A stretch of 63,676 nucleotides of DNA, filler included, from Chiloscyllium plagiosum (lineage: Eukaryota): assembly GCF_004010195.1 (NCBI RefSeq). It is 5 parts of one record of this genome, joined end to end, with 100 filler letters (N's around TTAATTAATTAA, not from the genome) between each part and the next. Parts side by side here need not be neighbours in the genome. Positions count along the whole stretch, not along the records: positions 21,047 to 38,942 come from NC_057717.1; positions 39,043 to 60,494 come from NC_057717.1; 3 more parts are not named here. One strand, written 5' to 3'. The notes beneath the pieces are model-generated. The model worked only from the letters and a program-made list of their open reading frames with translations. It made no database searches and had not been told where the DNA came from. Shown piece after piece: positions 38,777 through 51,246 of the stretch (position 1 is the first letter of the stretch; each line of letters starts with the position of its first letter). The translations under genes were made by a program, and so were the position numbers.

Positions 38777-38942
38777 GTAAGTCGCACTGTTCAGTCATTA
38801 ATTCTATAAATCATGTTTGACAGTAAAACTGTTCTTTCATTCATTCTACCCTCTTTGCCACTGTTATTGTTCCTGCTAAGACTCTAAATCCACATATTCA
38901 CTTGACAAACCACTACTAAATTGTTAAACCACTCTCTCCCTC

Positions 38943-39042
38943 NNNNNNNNNNNNNNNNNNNNNNNNNNNNNNNNNNNNNNNNNNNNTTAATTAATTAANN
39001 NNNNNNNNNNNNNNNNNNNNNNNNNNNNNNNNNNNNNNNNNN
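38943..39042. other. Artificial 100-bp assembly spacer
   Basis: TTAATTAATTAA at 38987-38998. Confidence 0.95.
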
Positions 39043-39189
39043 CTCATATTTCAACAACATGCTCTGTTTTTGTCTTAATTGTCCGTTTCTATCTTTAATG
39101 TGAATGTCTCTGTCCATCTATATCTTTCTCTGGCCTTGGTTTTTGGTTGTGTATTGTATCGAATGCTGGCATCATGAAGTTCAGATATA

Positions 39190-39520
39190 ATGTAATGGTG
39201 TGTGTCAGGCTATTGTTCACTTCCCGCTGTGTCCCATGTGTTACTCCATGGACAGGGGAGTGTGTGCTGGGCTGTTGTTCACTTCCTGGTGTGTCCCTTA
39301 AGGTGCTTCATGAAGAAGTGCGTGTGTGTGCAGGGCAGCCGTTCACTTCCCGGTGTGTCCCACGTCGTCCTCCATGTTGGACAGCAGTGTGTGTGCTGGG
39401 CTATTGTTCACTTTCTGGTGTGTCCCATGTCGTGCTCCCTGGACAGGGGTTTGTGTTTTGGGTTATTGCTCACTTCCCGGTATGTTCCAAGTTGTGCTCC
39501 ATGTTGGACAGGGAGTTTCA
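39190..39520 (+). repeat. Approximately 60-bp minisatellite, 5 units
   Basis: Units TGTGTGCTGGGCTRTTGTTCACTTCCYGGTGTGTCCCAYGT..CTCCATG..GGACAG start near 39198, 39260, 39325, 39388 and 39450. Confidence 0.85.
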
Positions 39521-40289
39521 GCATCTTTGACTCATGTCTTTAAAATTTGGTCTGTGCCTGTCTACTGAACGACTGCGTCTGCCCCTATCAGCTGATCACG
39601 TGGTCAGAAACACGAGGAGGGCCCTGAAGTAAATTATAAAGGAGTAGGTATCTCACTTTTAGTGGAGGGAAGTCTGATTGTCTCCTGTTATTGAAAGGTT
39701 AGCGGAGGGGCTGGGGATGGTTTGCTGGAGGTTGTGCTGTGAGCTACCTCAGACATTCAGGGAGATCAGAGGATTTGGTGACCCAACTCTGGATGGTGCA
39801 TGGAGACTGTAGTTACATCATCACTGTCTGTAACATGAACAACAAATGGAGCAGAGGCTGCAGAGCATGGACGCTCTGAAACCACGGACTGGGTGTATGT
39901 GTGGAAAGGGATCTGCCACATCTGTCTGGTCTTAAAGTGAGCACACTCATCCTTAAACATACACACATACACACACCCTCTTTCGCTCACACACATGGAA
40001 ACAAACATACACATCATCTCTCTCTCTCACTCGCACGCCACCCCACCGCTCCACCACACACACACACACACACACACTCCGCATCTCTCGCACAGGCACA
40101 CCTTTCAATCGGGGGGCATAATTTGCGTTTGCAGATTTATATTTGTGGATAGATTGGATTTTGTTTAAAACAACATTCAATTTGTACGCAGCCAATCATT
40201 GTGGCATTTTATAAAGTCCTGCTTTGGAAGTAAAACCAGTATGACTCCAGGGTAAAACAAGTCGAACTCCACACAAGACCTTCCATGGT

Positions 40290-41545
40290 TTGTGCAGGGA
40301 AGGTCCCATCTTAGCAAACAAAAAAAAATTCTTTGAGGAATGACAAAGTTGATAGTGGAGAAAGGACTGTAGATATCAAATACATGGTCTTCAGTAAGGC
40401 GTTTGATGAGATATACTGATGGAGAAGATGAAGTCGCAGGGGTCCATGGTGTACTAGCTAGATGGACTAGAGAACTGGCTGGGCAACAGGAGACAGAGAG
40501 TCGTAATGGAAGGGAGTTTCTCAAAATGGACAACTGTTCTGTGTGGTATTTCACAGGGATCCGTGCTGGGACCACTATTTGTTGTGATATATCTGAAGGA
40601 AGGTATAGGTGGTCTGATTACCAAGTTTGCAGATGACACTAAGATTGGTAGAACAGCAGAAAGTTGAGTGGATTGTCAGAGAACACAGGTGAATCTGGAT
40701 AGATTGGAGAGTTGGGTGGAGAAAAGGCAGATGTGAGGTGATGTATTTTGGAAGATCCAATTCGAGAACGAATTATACAGTAACTGGAAAAAGCCCTAGG
40801 GAATATTGATGTACAGAGAGATTTGGGTGTTCAGGTCCATTGTTCTCTGAAAGTGGCAAGCCGATAGAATGATCAAGAAGGAATACAGCAAACTTCCTTC
40901 CTGAATTCTAACAATTTAAGAAGTGGAGAACCACAGTGGTTAAATCGTCACCAACAGGAGGGAATCTGTTGGAATCTATTGCGTACAAGTGTAGGCAGGC
41001 TGTATTACAGTTGTATAGGACTTTGGTTCGGTCACATTCGGAATACTGCGGACAGTTCTGGTTGCCACATTACTGAAAGGATGTGGATGCTTTGGAAAGA
41101 GGACAGAGGATTTTCACCAGAATGTTGCCTAGTGTGGAGAGAACGACATATAAAGAGAGGTTTGGTAGCTTAGGATTATTTTCATTAGAAAGATGGAGGT
41201 TGAGGAAGGACTTGATTGAGGTCTACAAAATCTTGAGAGATGTAAACAGGGTGGATAGCAAGAAGCTGATTCCCAGAGTGGGGGACTCAATTACTGGGGG
41301 TCAAGAATTCAAGATGAAAGGGGAAAACTTTATTGGAGATTTGCTCGAAAAGTTCTTTGCGCAGAGGGTGGTGGGTGGCTGGAATGCGTTGCCAGCTGAG
41401 GTAGTAGAGGCGGGGACGATGGCGTCATTTAATATGAGGAAGCAGAGTTATACAGATCCTTAGAAAATAGGCGACAGATTTAGATATGGATCGACACAGG
41501 CTTGGAGGGCTGAAGGGCCTGTTCCTGCGCTGTGATTTTCTTTGT
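40290..41545 (+). mobile_element. CR1 LINE RT to 3' end
   Basis: KFADDTK at about 40625; ORF 41083-41463 LFSLERWRLRKDLIEVYK..FFAQRVVGGWNALP. Confidence 0.9.
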
Positions 41546-42759
41546 TAATTGTAAATACTAACGTGACTTGAAAGGAAAATCAAATCAAGATCAAATGTGG
41601 CACAGCGAATGTGTGGATACGATCATTTATTGTAGAGAACAGAAAAATGACAAGGAGACGAAACAGTTACATTGCATCTGTCTTCAAAGAAAATCTCCCA
41701 GAAATACCAAGTCACCACGGGACCTTTGGAACTAAAGACTAAAATAATTCATATACAGTTATGAGGTAGTATTTGGAAATAGAACTGGGATGAGTATTGA
41801 TAAGTCTGACAGACCAGATATAATTCAAATTGAAATTTCAGAGAAAACTGCAATACACATGTTGATTGCAATAGGGGCCACTGTATTTCTCTGTATTCAC
41901 TTTGGAAAGTTATAAATGCATTCAAATGATTTACGAAGGGAAGAAGTGGGGGAGTGGAGGACTACAGGCCAGTTAGTTGTCATCCACAGTAGGGAATCTG
42001 TTGCAACCTACTGTAACGAAGATCTTATTGAACACTGAGAAAGTAATAGCAAATTTCAAGTGAATTGTTCTGCATTTATGAAAGGCAAGTTACAATTTTC
42101 AAAATTTTTCTTGAAGATATCTTTTGTATTTGTAAATAATACCGAATCAGTGAATATTGTACATTCAGATAGTCAGGAGGAGTTTTAATCAGCACACACA
42201 GTAAGTGAGCAGAAAACATTAAAGCAACGTGCATTGAGAGGAACATATGCAAACAGGGGAAGGTAAGCACTGGAGAAACTATTGGAGAACATAGGTGGTG
42301 GTAGAAGGCTGTTTGTGTGACTGCAGACCCGCGAACGCTGGTGTGCCACAGTTTTCAGTGCTGTGTCCCTTTAAACGCATTCATTTAAAGGGAATCCGAA
42401 TACAGACGATGAAGAATCAACTAGACTCAAAGTGTTAGCTTGATCTCTCTTTACGGATGCTGTCTGACTAACTCTGTTGGTTTCAGTACAGATTCAGCTT
42501 CTGCAGTGATTTGCTCCTACTAGAAGTAAAGACATTCTTCAGAGTAACACAGAGAGTTGGGGAGACTGTACCTGTACAATTTTGATGTCATGATCTAAGT
42601 AAAATATACTGATCACATATACTGAATGGGCTTTCTCCAGATTAATTCCTCAGATGGCACGATGGTCTGCTGAGGTGACTTGGTCTAGGATCAAGGCGGA
42701 AATTTGTGTGTGAAACTGCAGACGCTGATTGATTGTTATATGACAACTTCACGTCTGTT

Positions 42760-44060
42760 TTACTTGGGAAAAGGAGGAGGCAGGTACAGAAGTTAAGAAG
42801 ATAGACTGGGAAGCTCTTGAACAGATTGATGTAAGATGTGAGCATGGATTGATATATTGGCTGGTATAAAATTGGACCAATGCCCATGTCTAGATCAATT
42901 ACATCTCAGGCTGCTGTTGGAGACAAGGGCTGAAAGGCGCTGATGCAAATGTTTCAAATAGAATCTGGTCACAGGTGACGTGTCCGAGGACTGGAGAACA
43001 CCCTTTATAGGAATGGTTGTAGAGATAGAGCAGGGAACTATACACCAGTGTGTTTTAGATCAGTGTTAAAGAAACTTTTGCACAAAATAGGTGGTTTTAG
43101 AAGGCTGTTTGTGTGCCTGGAGACCTGTGTCCCTGGTATACCACAGTGATCAGTGCCGTGTCCCTTAATATTTGTGGTATTCATAAACGGTTCAGGTGTG
43201 AATGTAGAGGGGGAGTGGGAGTGTGATAAGTAAGTCTGTGTTTGATACAAAGATTGATCGGGTGGTTGGCAGTGAGGAGGAAGGTCTTATGTTACAGTAA
43301 GATACAGATAGAATGGTCAGATGGGTGGATCAACGGCAGATGGAATGTAACTCTGATAACTGAGGTGATGCACTTTGGAAGAAGGAACTAAATGGGGAAT
43401 ACGCAATGCATTGTAGCACACAAGAAAGCTCATAGGGAGCTTTTCCACACATTCTTGAATGTGATGCGGGAGAATAAAAGGTAAGAAGTCAATGGAAGCA
43501 GTAGGCATAACCTCATCGAGGCATAGATTACAAGATCTACGTAGCACTTTGGTGAGGCCAATATGGAATACTGTGTGGAGCTCTGGGAGCCACATTACAG
43601 GAAGTATGTGATTATTCTGGAGGGGGTGCAGAAATTCACCGTGATGTTTCCAATAAAGGAGCATATCCGTTATGGAGAGAGGCTGGATAAGCTCCGGTTG
43701 TTTAGTTTGAATAAGAAAAGGCTGAGGGGGACATGATTCAGAAGTACGAGGGACTTGGACAGGGTAGATAGACAGCAGCTGTTCTTTTTAGTCAAATGGC
43801 CAAGAACAGGGGAGCACACTTTTAAAGGGAAGGATTTGAGATTTAGAGATGATTCAGGGATTGTTTTTCACCCAGAGGGTCATGGGATCTGGAATGCACT
43901 TCCTAAGAGGGGCAGTTATCACGGGTCACCTCACAACCATTAAAAAATATTTAGACGAGCACTTGGAGTGTCATACCATTCATGGCTACGGGACTGATGT
44001 AGGAAAGTTGAATAATAGAGATTTTGCTATATTTTTGATGGTGCAGAGTCTATGCTTCTG
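42760..44060 (+). mobile_element. Degenerate CR1 fragments
   Basis: FFTQRVM and DRVDRQQLF CR1 C-terminal motifs (ORFs 43755-43943, 43849-44085). Confidence 0.7.
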
Positions 44061-44192
44061 TGATTGTATGGCTGTGGCAGGTTAATCATTGAACAGCTTA
44101 AGACAGGAAGTAATGGGTTTTGGAAGAGTACATTAACAAGCATGAAATGTAAAATCTTCTCAATGTACAATATACCAATGTGAAATGGTGGA

Positions 44193-44490
44193 AAAGATAA
44201 TTATAGCTTCCTTACAGTCAAAAACCAACAAATGGAGAACAGGAAAATGGCAGACTATGAAGCATCTACTTCAGATCTAACTTCATGAAAGGATTTTAAA
44301 AAAAGGTGCTTTCAAACAATTCTAGGTCTACTGAGAAAGAAAAGATAATTATAGCTTCCTTACAGTCCAAAACCAACGAATGGAGAACAGGGAAATGGCA
44401 GACTATGAAGCATCTACTTCAGTTCTGCCTTCATGAAAGGATTTTTTAAAAAAAGTGCTTTCAAACAATTCTAGGTCTACTGAGAAAGAA
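44193..44490 (+). repeat. Tandem duplication, period 148 bp
   Basis: AAAGATAATTATAGCTTCCTTACAGTC at 44193 and 44341. Confidence 0.9.
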
Positions 44491-44761
44491 AGGAAATACA
44501 ATCAAATCAGTAAATAAACAGCTTTGGAGAAATTATTTGTACTGAAATCTGATAAATCCCCATGGCCTGATAATCTATATCTCTGATTCCTAAAGGAGGT
44601 GGCCATGGGAATAATGGATACTTTGCTTGCCATCTTCCAAATTGCTGATGATTGAATTGACAGATTTGAGAGAAGCAAATGTAATCCCAATATTTTTAAA
44701 GGAGGCAGGGAGACAGCAGGGAATTACAGTCTGCTTAGCACCAAAGAAGCAGTCAGGACAA

Positions 44762-45518
44762 TGCAAGAATCTATTAGAAAGAATGCTTTGCCAGGGAACT
44801 TTGAGAATTAAGTTAATTTGAAAGTAATGAACATGGATCAAGACAATACCAAATTATTAATGGTGAATCATATTTAAGAATCCGATTGGAAATACATAAT
44901 GGCGAAGCAATATATGCAGTGAATTTGGATTATCAGAAACATTTTTGATGACGTCCCAAGTGTAGTGTTGTGACGATGCTACTCGTTTAACATGGTTATG
45001 CTGTCCTTGTTTTTTTTTCAAAGCTGTCTTAAAAGCAGCGAGTCCGGAAAGTCTGGGTTTGACTACTTGGGAATGCTTTCAAGTCTAAAATTAAAACATG
45101 TACAATTAGGAGCGAGCTATGCTAGATCCGGTCCTGTGTTGCAAGAATCTATTAGAAAGAATGCTTTGCCAGGGAACTTTGAGAATTAAGTTAATTTGAA
45201 AGTAATGAACATGGATCAAGTCAATACCAAATTATTAATGGTGAATCATATTTAAGAATCCGATTGGAAATACATTATGGCGAAGCAATATATGCAGTGA
45301 ATTTGGATTATCAGAAACATTTTTGATGACGTCCGAAGTGTAGTGTTGTGACGATGCTACTCGTTTAACAAGGTTATGCAGCCCTTGTTTTTTTTTTCAA
45401 AGCTGTCTTAAAAGCAGCGAGTCCGCAAAGTCTGGGTTTGACTACTTGGGAACGCTTTCAAGTCTAAAATTAAAACATGTACAATTAGGAGCGAGCTATG
45501 CTAGATCCGGTCCTGTGT
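44762..45518 (+). repeat. Near-identical tandem duplication, period 378 bp
   Basis: TGCAAGAATCTATTAGAAAG at 44762 and 45140; both copies end GCTAGATCCGGTCCTGTGT. Confidence 0.95.
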
Positions 45519-45519
45519 A

Positions 45520-48040
45520 ATGAGACAGGAATAATTAATGACCTCATAGTTAGGAATTAACTTGGAAGGAATGATCACAGTATGGTTGAATTTAAAACAC
45601 AGATGGAGAGTGTGGAGATAAAATTCAATACCAGGGTCCTGTGCTTAAACGAGGCAGACTACAACAGAATGAGGGATGACTTGGCAAAAATCGACTGGAA
45701 ACAAATACTTTCTGGAGAGAATTGACGAGCAGTGGAGGATTTTCAAAAGATTTTTTCAAAGTCCTAAGCAAAAGTATGTTCATTAAAAAGGAAAGACTCG
45801 AAGAAAAGGGGAAATCTGCAGTGGGTGTCTAAGCAAATACGCAAGGCTATCAAATTGAAAGAGATGGAATGCAAAGTGGCCAAGAACAGCAGGAACCTAG
45901 AAGATTGGGAAAACATTAATGGTCAACAGAAAGCCATGAAAAGAGTTATAAAGAAAAGTAGGATAGAACACGAGAAATAAAAAACTAGGACAGTATATCA
46001 AGGCAGATAGCAGATGATTCCCTAAATATATAAAATGAAAATGAGCGGCTAACTTCAATGTTGGTCCTTGAGAGAATAAGAAGGAGAATTTAGTTACAGG
46101 ATATGATGAAATGGCTGTGGAATTGAACAGGTATTTTGTATCAGCCTTCATAGCGAACGACACTAATAACATGCCAGTGATTGACAAAGAGATGAAGATT
46201 CTAGATTAGATTGGTGTTGGTAAAGCACAGCAGTTCAGGCAGCATCGGAGGAGCAGGAAAATCGACGTTTCGAGCAAAAGCTTTCATCAGAAATGCTCTG
46301 AACTGTTGTGCTCTATCAGCACCACTCTAATCTAGAATCTGGTTTCCAACAGCTGCAGTCCTTGTTTTTACCAAAGAGTTGAGGGTGGGTGAGGACTTGT
46401 GAACAATCATTATTACAGATGAGGTAGTGTTGGGCAAGCTAATGGAGCTAAGGGTAGACGAATCTCCTGGCCCTGATGGAATGTATACCAGGGTACTAAA
46501 AAGGTAGCGGGAGAAATAACAAGTGCACTTGTGGTAATTTTCTAAAATTTGCTGAACTCTGGGGCAGTCCCAGCAGATTGAAAAACAGCAAATGGGATGC
46601 CATTGTTTAAAAATACGGGTAGATAGAAGTTGGGGAATTATAAAAGAGTTAGCTTAATCGTAGTAGTGGAGAAGATGCTTTAACTGCATTATCAAGGAAG
46701 AAATAGCAAGGCATTTTGATATAAATCGGCACATTGCACAGATGCAGCAAGGATGCATGAACGGCAGATCATCCTTAACTAGTTTTTTGGAAATCTACGA
46801 AGACATTATGAGCAAGATAGACAACGAGGCCGCAGTGGATGTGGTGTATCCAGGTTTCAAAAAGGCTTTGACAGGGTGCCACACAGTAGGCTCCTGCATA
46901 AGACAAAGCTGATGCCATTTCGGCTGAAGTATTAGCATGGATAAAAGATTGGATGACTAACGGGAAGCAAAACGTGGGTATAAATGAGTGCTATCCTGGC
47001 TGGCAATCAGTGCTGAGTGGTATGCCTCAGGGATCAGTGTTCGGGTTGCAATTATTCACAATTTATATAGATGATGTGGAGCTGGGAGCATGCGTAGTTT
47101 GTCAAAGTTTGCAGATGGCACGAAGATGAGCGGCAGAGCAACGTGTGCAGAGTACTGTGAAACTTTGCACAGGAAAATAGTTGCATTGCGTGAATGGGTA
47201 AAGATCCGGCAGATGGAATACAATGTTAATAAATATGAAGTAATCTATTTTTGTTTGGAGTACCAGCAAAAATGATTATTACTTGCGTTGTAAAAAGATG
47301 CAGCATGGTACTGTGCAGAGGGACCTGGGTGTCCTTGTGCATGAATCACAGAAGGTTGATCTGCAGGTACATCAAGTAATTAGGAAGGTAAATGATATTT
47401 TGTTCTTCGTTGCGAAAGGGGTTGCATTTAAAAGCAGGGAGGTTATGTTGCAGCTGTACAGGGTGCTGGTGATATCATACCTGGAGTACTGTGAGCAGTT
47501 TTGGCCTCCTTACTTGCAAAGCGATGTTATGGCAGTGGAGGTGGTGCAGAGGAGGTTCATTCTGGTGATTCTGGAGTTGAGGGGGTTGTCTTATGAGGAG
47601 AGACAGAGTAGATCAGCATTATATTAATTGTAATTTATAAGAATGAGGGGAGGACCTTATAGAAACATAAAAAAATTATGAAGGGAAGAGGTAATAAAAA
47701 AGTAGAGAGGATGGTTCCACTGGTGAAGCTAGGGCAAGATAGAATAAACTCAATATTAGAGGGAGCAGATTTAGGATTGAATTGAGAAAGAACCTTTTCA
47801 CCCAGAGGCTTGAAATTCTATGGAATTCCCTGCCCAGTGAAGTAGTTGACGCTACTTCAGTAAATGTTTTTCGAGCTGAGATAGATATGTTTTGAACAAT
47901 GAAGTAAATAACGGATGCGGTGAGAGCGCGGGTAAGTGGATATGAGTCCATGAGCAGATCAGCCTTGATGTTACAGAATGAGCAGGTTAGAAGGACCAGA
48001 TGGCCTACTCCTGCTCCTAGTCAATCTGCTCTTCTGTTCT
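45520..48040 (+). mobile_element. CR1 LINE ORF2 to 3' end, with a Penelope-type insertion at 46197-46371
   Basis: SKFADGTK and LQLYRVLV..LEYC (ORFs 47090-47275, 47283-47627); similar to 27660-29830. Confidence 0.9.
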
Positions 48041-48042
48041 TA

Positions 48043-49176
48043 TGAAAGGGGAGTGGCCAGTTCTCCCAGCGCAGACCCTCTGCTTTGATTTGTTTGGACT
48101 GATTTCTCGCAGACTGGCTGTTTACTGAAAGCAGGCAGCCAGTTGTGAAGCTATCAGGCCAAAGAAAAAGCTCCATGCTGATCCCCCCTCTCTCTGATAT
48201 CTCTCCTGGAAGAACCTGGGTTTGATTTTTCGACGGGATATTTATGGAGATTGTTTCAAGTACTTCGAACAACACCTTAGATTATTTAGATACAGATTAC
48301 TTACAGTGTGGAAACACGCCCTTTGGCCCAACAAGTCCACACCGATCCCCCAAACAGCAAACCATCCAGATACATTTACCTACACTTACCCCTTCACCTA
48401 ACACTACGCTCAATTTAGCATTGGCAATTCAGTTAACTGGCGCATTTTTAAACTGTGCAAGGAAATCGGAGTACCCGGAGGAAACCCTCACAGACACGGC
48501 GAGAATGTGCAAACTTCATACAGACAGTTGCCTGAGGTGGGAATTGAGCCTGGGTCTCTGGCGCTATGAGGCAGCAGTGCTAACCATTGTGCCACGGTAC
48601 TACCAATGGCTTTCAACCATTTTCAGATTGTCAGTTGAGAATTGGAGTGCTACTGAAGACCAGAAATCTTCACCTGGAATATTAGTTGAGTAGCCAACTT
48701 TTAATATTTTTTAATATTTATTTATGAAACTTTAAAATGACAAAACCTGGCAATAGTCACTTTAGTAAAATACTGTGGAACTAGTAGCATGGATATGGCT
48801 TCTAATTGGCTGTCTCTTGGTTGTCATTCCTAATCACATTACACAATAATGCCCTACATTTTTGTAGGCTGGATTGAAAGTCAGTTCTTGGTCTTCCCAT
48901 GTACCCACTCCTTATGAATTTAATTTGCTAACATCATTAAGTTAGGATAATCTGTTGGGTTTTCGGATAGTTTGTTATTCTGCATGCTATTCTCTTCTGT
49001 TTGTGTTTCATTCCGTAACCTTGAAAATGAATTATGTTTTAATGAAAACTAAGTGGTTTGACCAGCTGCGTCACTCCTGGAGTATCCGCCTGACACCTGC
49101 TTAAGGCAACAAGCAAAATTTGAGTCTGCACTACTTCCTTGAAATGACTTGAGGTGGTCTGTCCTGGCCCATAACA
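48043..49176 (+). mobile_element. Probable LTR 3' part ending CATAACA; its 5' part may be 45348-45518, split off by the CR1
   Basis: TG start (TGTGACG) and CA end; old CR1-like sequence resumes on both outer sides. Confidence 0.4.
48275..48600 (-). mobile_element. HE1-type SINE, full length
   Basis: Reverse complement starts GTGGCACAATGGTTAGCACTGCTGCCTC and ends TTTCCACACTGTAAGTAATC. Confidence 0.85.
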
Positions 49177-49284
49177 ATGTTCAACAATGAGATCTAATAT
49201 ACTGGCATGGGTTGAGAATGGTAGAGAGCTGAAAGAAAAAGTGAGTCAGAATAAACAGTTCCTTTTTGTGGAGTGGAAAGCAAT

Positions 49285-51120
49285 TACCATAAGACCATAA
49301 GACCATAAGACATAGGAGCGGAAGTAAGGCCATTCGGCCCATCAAGTATACTCCGCCATTCAATCATGGCTGATGGGCATTTCAACTCCACTTCCCCACA
49401 TTCTCCCCGTAGCCCTTATATCCTTGCGACATCAAGAATTTATCAAATTCTGCCTTGAAGACATTTAGCGTCTCAGCCTCCACTGCACTCTGTGGCAATA
49501 CATTCCACAGGCCCACCACTCTCTGGCTGAAGACATGTCTCCGCATTTCTGTTCTGAATTTACCCCCTCTAATTCTAAGGCTGTGTCCACGGGTCCTAGT
49601 CTCCTTGCCTAACGGAAACAATTTCCTAGCGTCCACCCTCTCCAAGCCATGTATTATCTTGTAGGTTTCTATTAGATCTCCCCTTAGTCTTCTAAACTCT
49701 AATGAATCAATCCCAGAATCCTCAGCCGTTCCTCATATGTTAGACCTACCATTCCATCCGTGTGAATCTCCGCTGGACAGGCTCCAGTCCCAGTCTGTCC
49801 TTCCTGAGGTGTGTGGACCAAAACTGGACACAGTACTCCAAATGGGGCCTAACCAGAGCTTTATAAAGTTTCAGTAGCACAACAGTGCTTTTATATTTCA
49901 ACCCTGTGAGATAATTGACAACATTGCATTCGCTTTCTTCATCACGGACTCAACCTGCATGTTTACCTTTAGAGAATCCTCATCTAGCACTTCCAGATCC
50001 CTCTGTACTTTGGCTTTACGAATTTTCTCACCGTTTAGAAAGTAGTCCATGCTTGTATTCTTTTTTCCAAAGTGCAAGACCTCACATTTGCTCACATTGA
50101 ATTCCATCAGCCATTTCCTGGACCACTCTTCCAAACTGTCTTGATCCTTCTGCAGCCTTCCCACTTCCTCAGTACTACCTACCTGTCCACCTAACTTTGT
50201 GTCATCGGCAAACTTCGTTAGAATGCTCCCAGTCCCTTCATCCAGATCATTAATATATAATGTGAACAGCTGCGGCCCCAACACTGAACCCTGCAGGACA
50301 CCGCTTGTCACCGGCTGCCATTCCGAAAAAGAACCTTTTATCCCAACTCTCTGCCTTCTGTCAGACAGCCAATCCTCAATCCATACCAATAGCTCATCTC
50401 GAACACCATGGGCCCTCACCTTGCTCAGCAGCCTCCCGTGTGGCACCTTATCAAAGGCCTTTTGGAAGGCTAGGTAGATAACATCCACTGGGTTTCCCTG
50501 GTCTAACCTACTTGTCACCTCTTCAAAGAACTCCAACAGGCTTGTCAGGCACGACCTCCCCTTACTAAATCCATGTTGACTTGTTCTAATCCGACCCTGC
50601 TCTTCCAGGAATTTAGAAACGTCATCCTTAATGATGGATTCTAGGATTTTACCAACAACTGAGGTTAGGCTAATTGGCCTATAATTTTCCATCTTTTGCC
50701 TTGATCCTTTCTTGAACAAGGGGGTTACAACAGCGATCTTCCAATCATCCGGACTTCCCCTAACTCCAGTGACTTTTGAAAGATCTCAACCAACGCCTCC
50801 GCTATTTCCTCAGCCACGTCCCTCAGAACTCTAGAATGTAGCCCATCGGGGCCAGGAGATTTATCAATGTTAAGACCTTTTAGCTTTTCTAGCACTTTCT
50901 CTTTTGTAATGGCAACCATACTCAACTCAGCCCTCTGCCTTCCTTTAATTGTTGGGATATTACTCATGAAGACTGATGCAAAGCACTTATTAAGTTCTCC
51001 TGCTATTTCCTTATCTCCCATCACTAGGCTTCCAGCATCAGTTTGAAGTGGTCCAATGTCTGTTCTTGCCTGTCGTTTGTTTCTTATGTATTGAAAGAAA
51101 CTTTTACTATCATTTCTAAT
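49285..51120 (-). mobile_element. CR1 LINE ORF2, well preserved (273-aa RT ORF), with (TCTTATGG)n tail
   Basis: ORF 49898-50719 YRPISLTS, SQHGF, AFDKV, QGSVLGP, KFADD; tail read as ACCATAAG x3 at 49286. Confidence 0.95.
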
Positions 51121-51246
51121 ATGACACCAGACTTATGTAGTTTCAGAACCATGATATTTGTGCATCTTTTGTTATTTTTCACTTCCCAGTGTATGGCAAT
51201 CCAAGTGAGTCAGGACATTTGAGCAGTTTTGACATATACCTTTGAA

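Noticed and set aside
39190..39520. CRISPR-like repeat-spacer array
   Set aside because: Degenerate tandem units without unique spacers, in vertebrate DNA with no cas genes.
39147..39568. Cys/Val-rich ORFs in three frames
   Set aside because: Translation of a TG-rich minisatellite.
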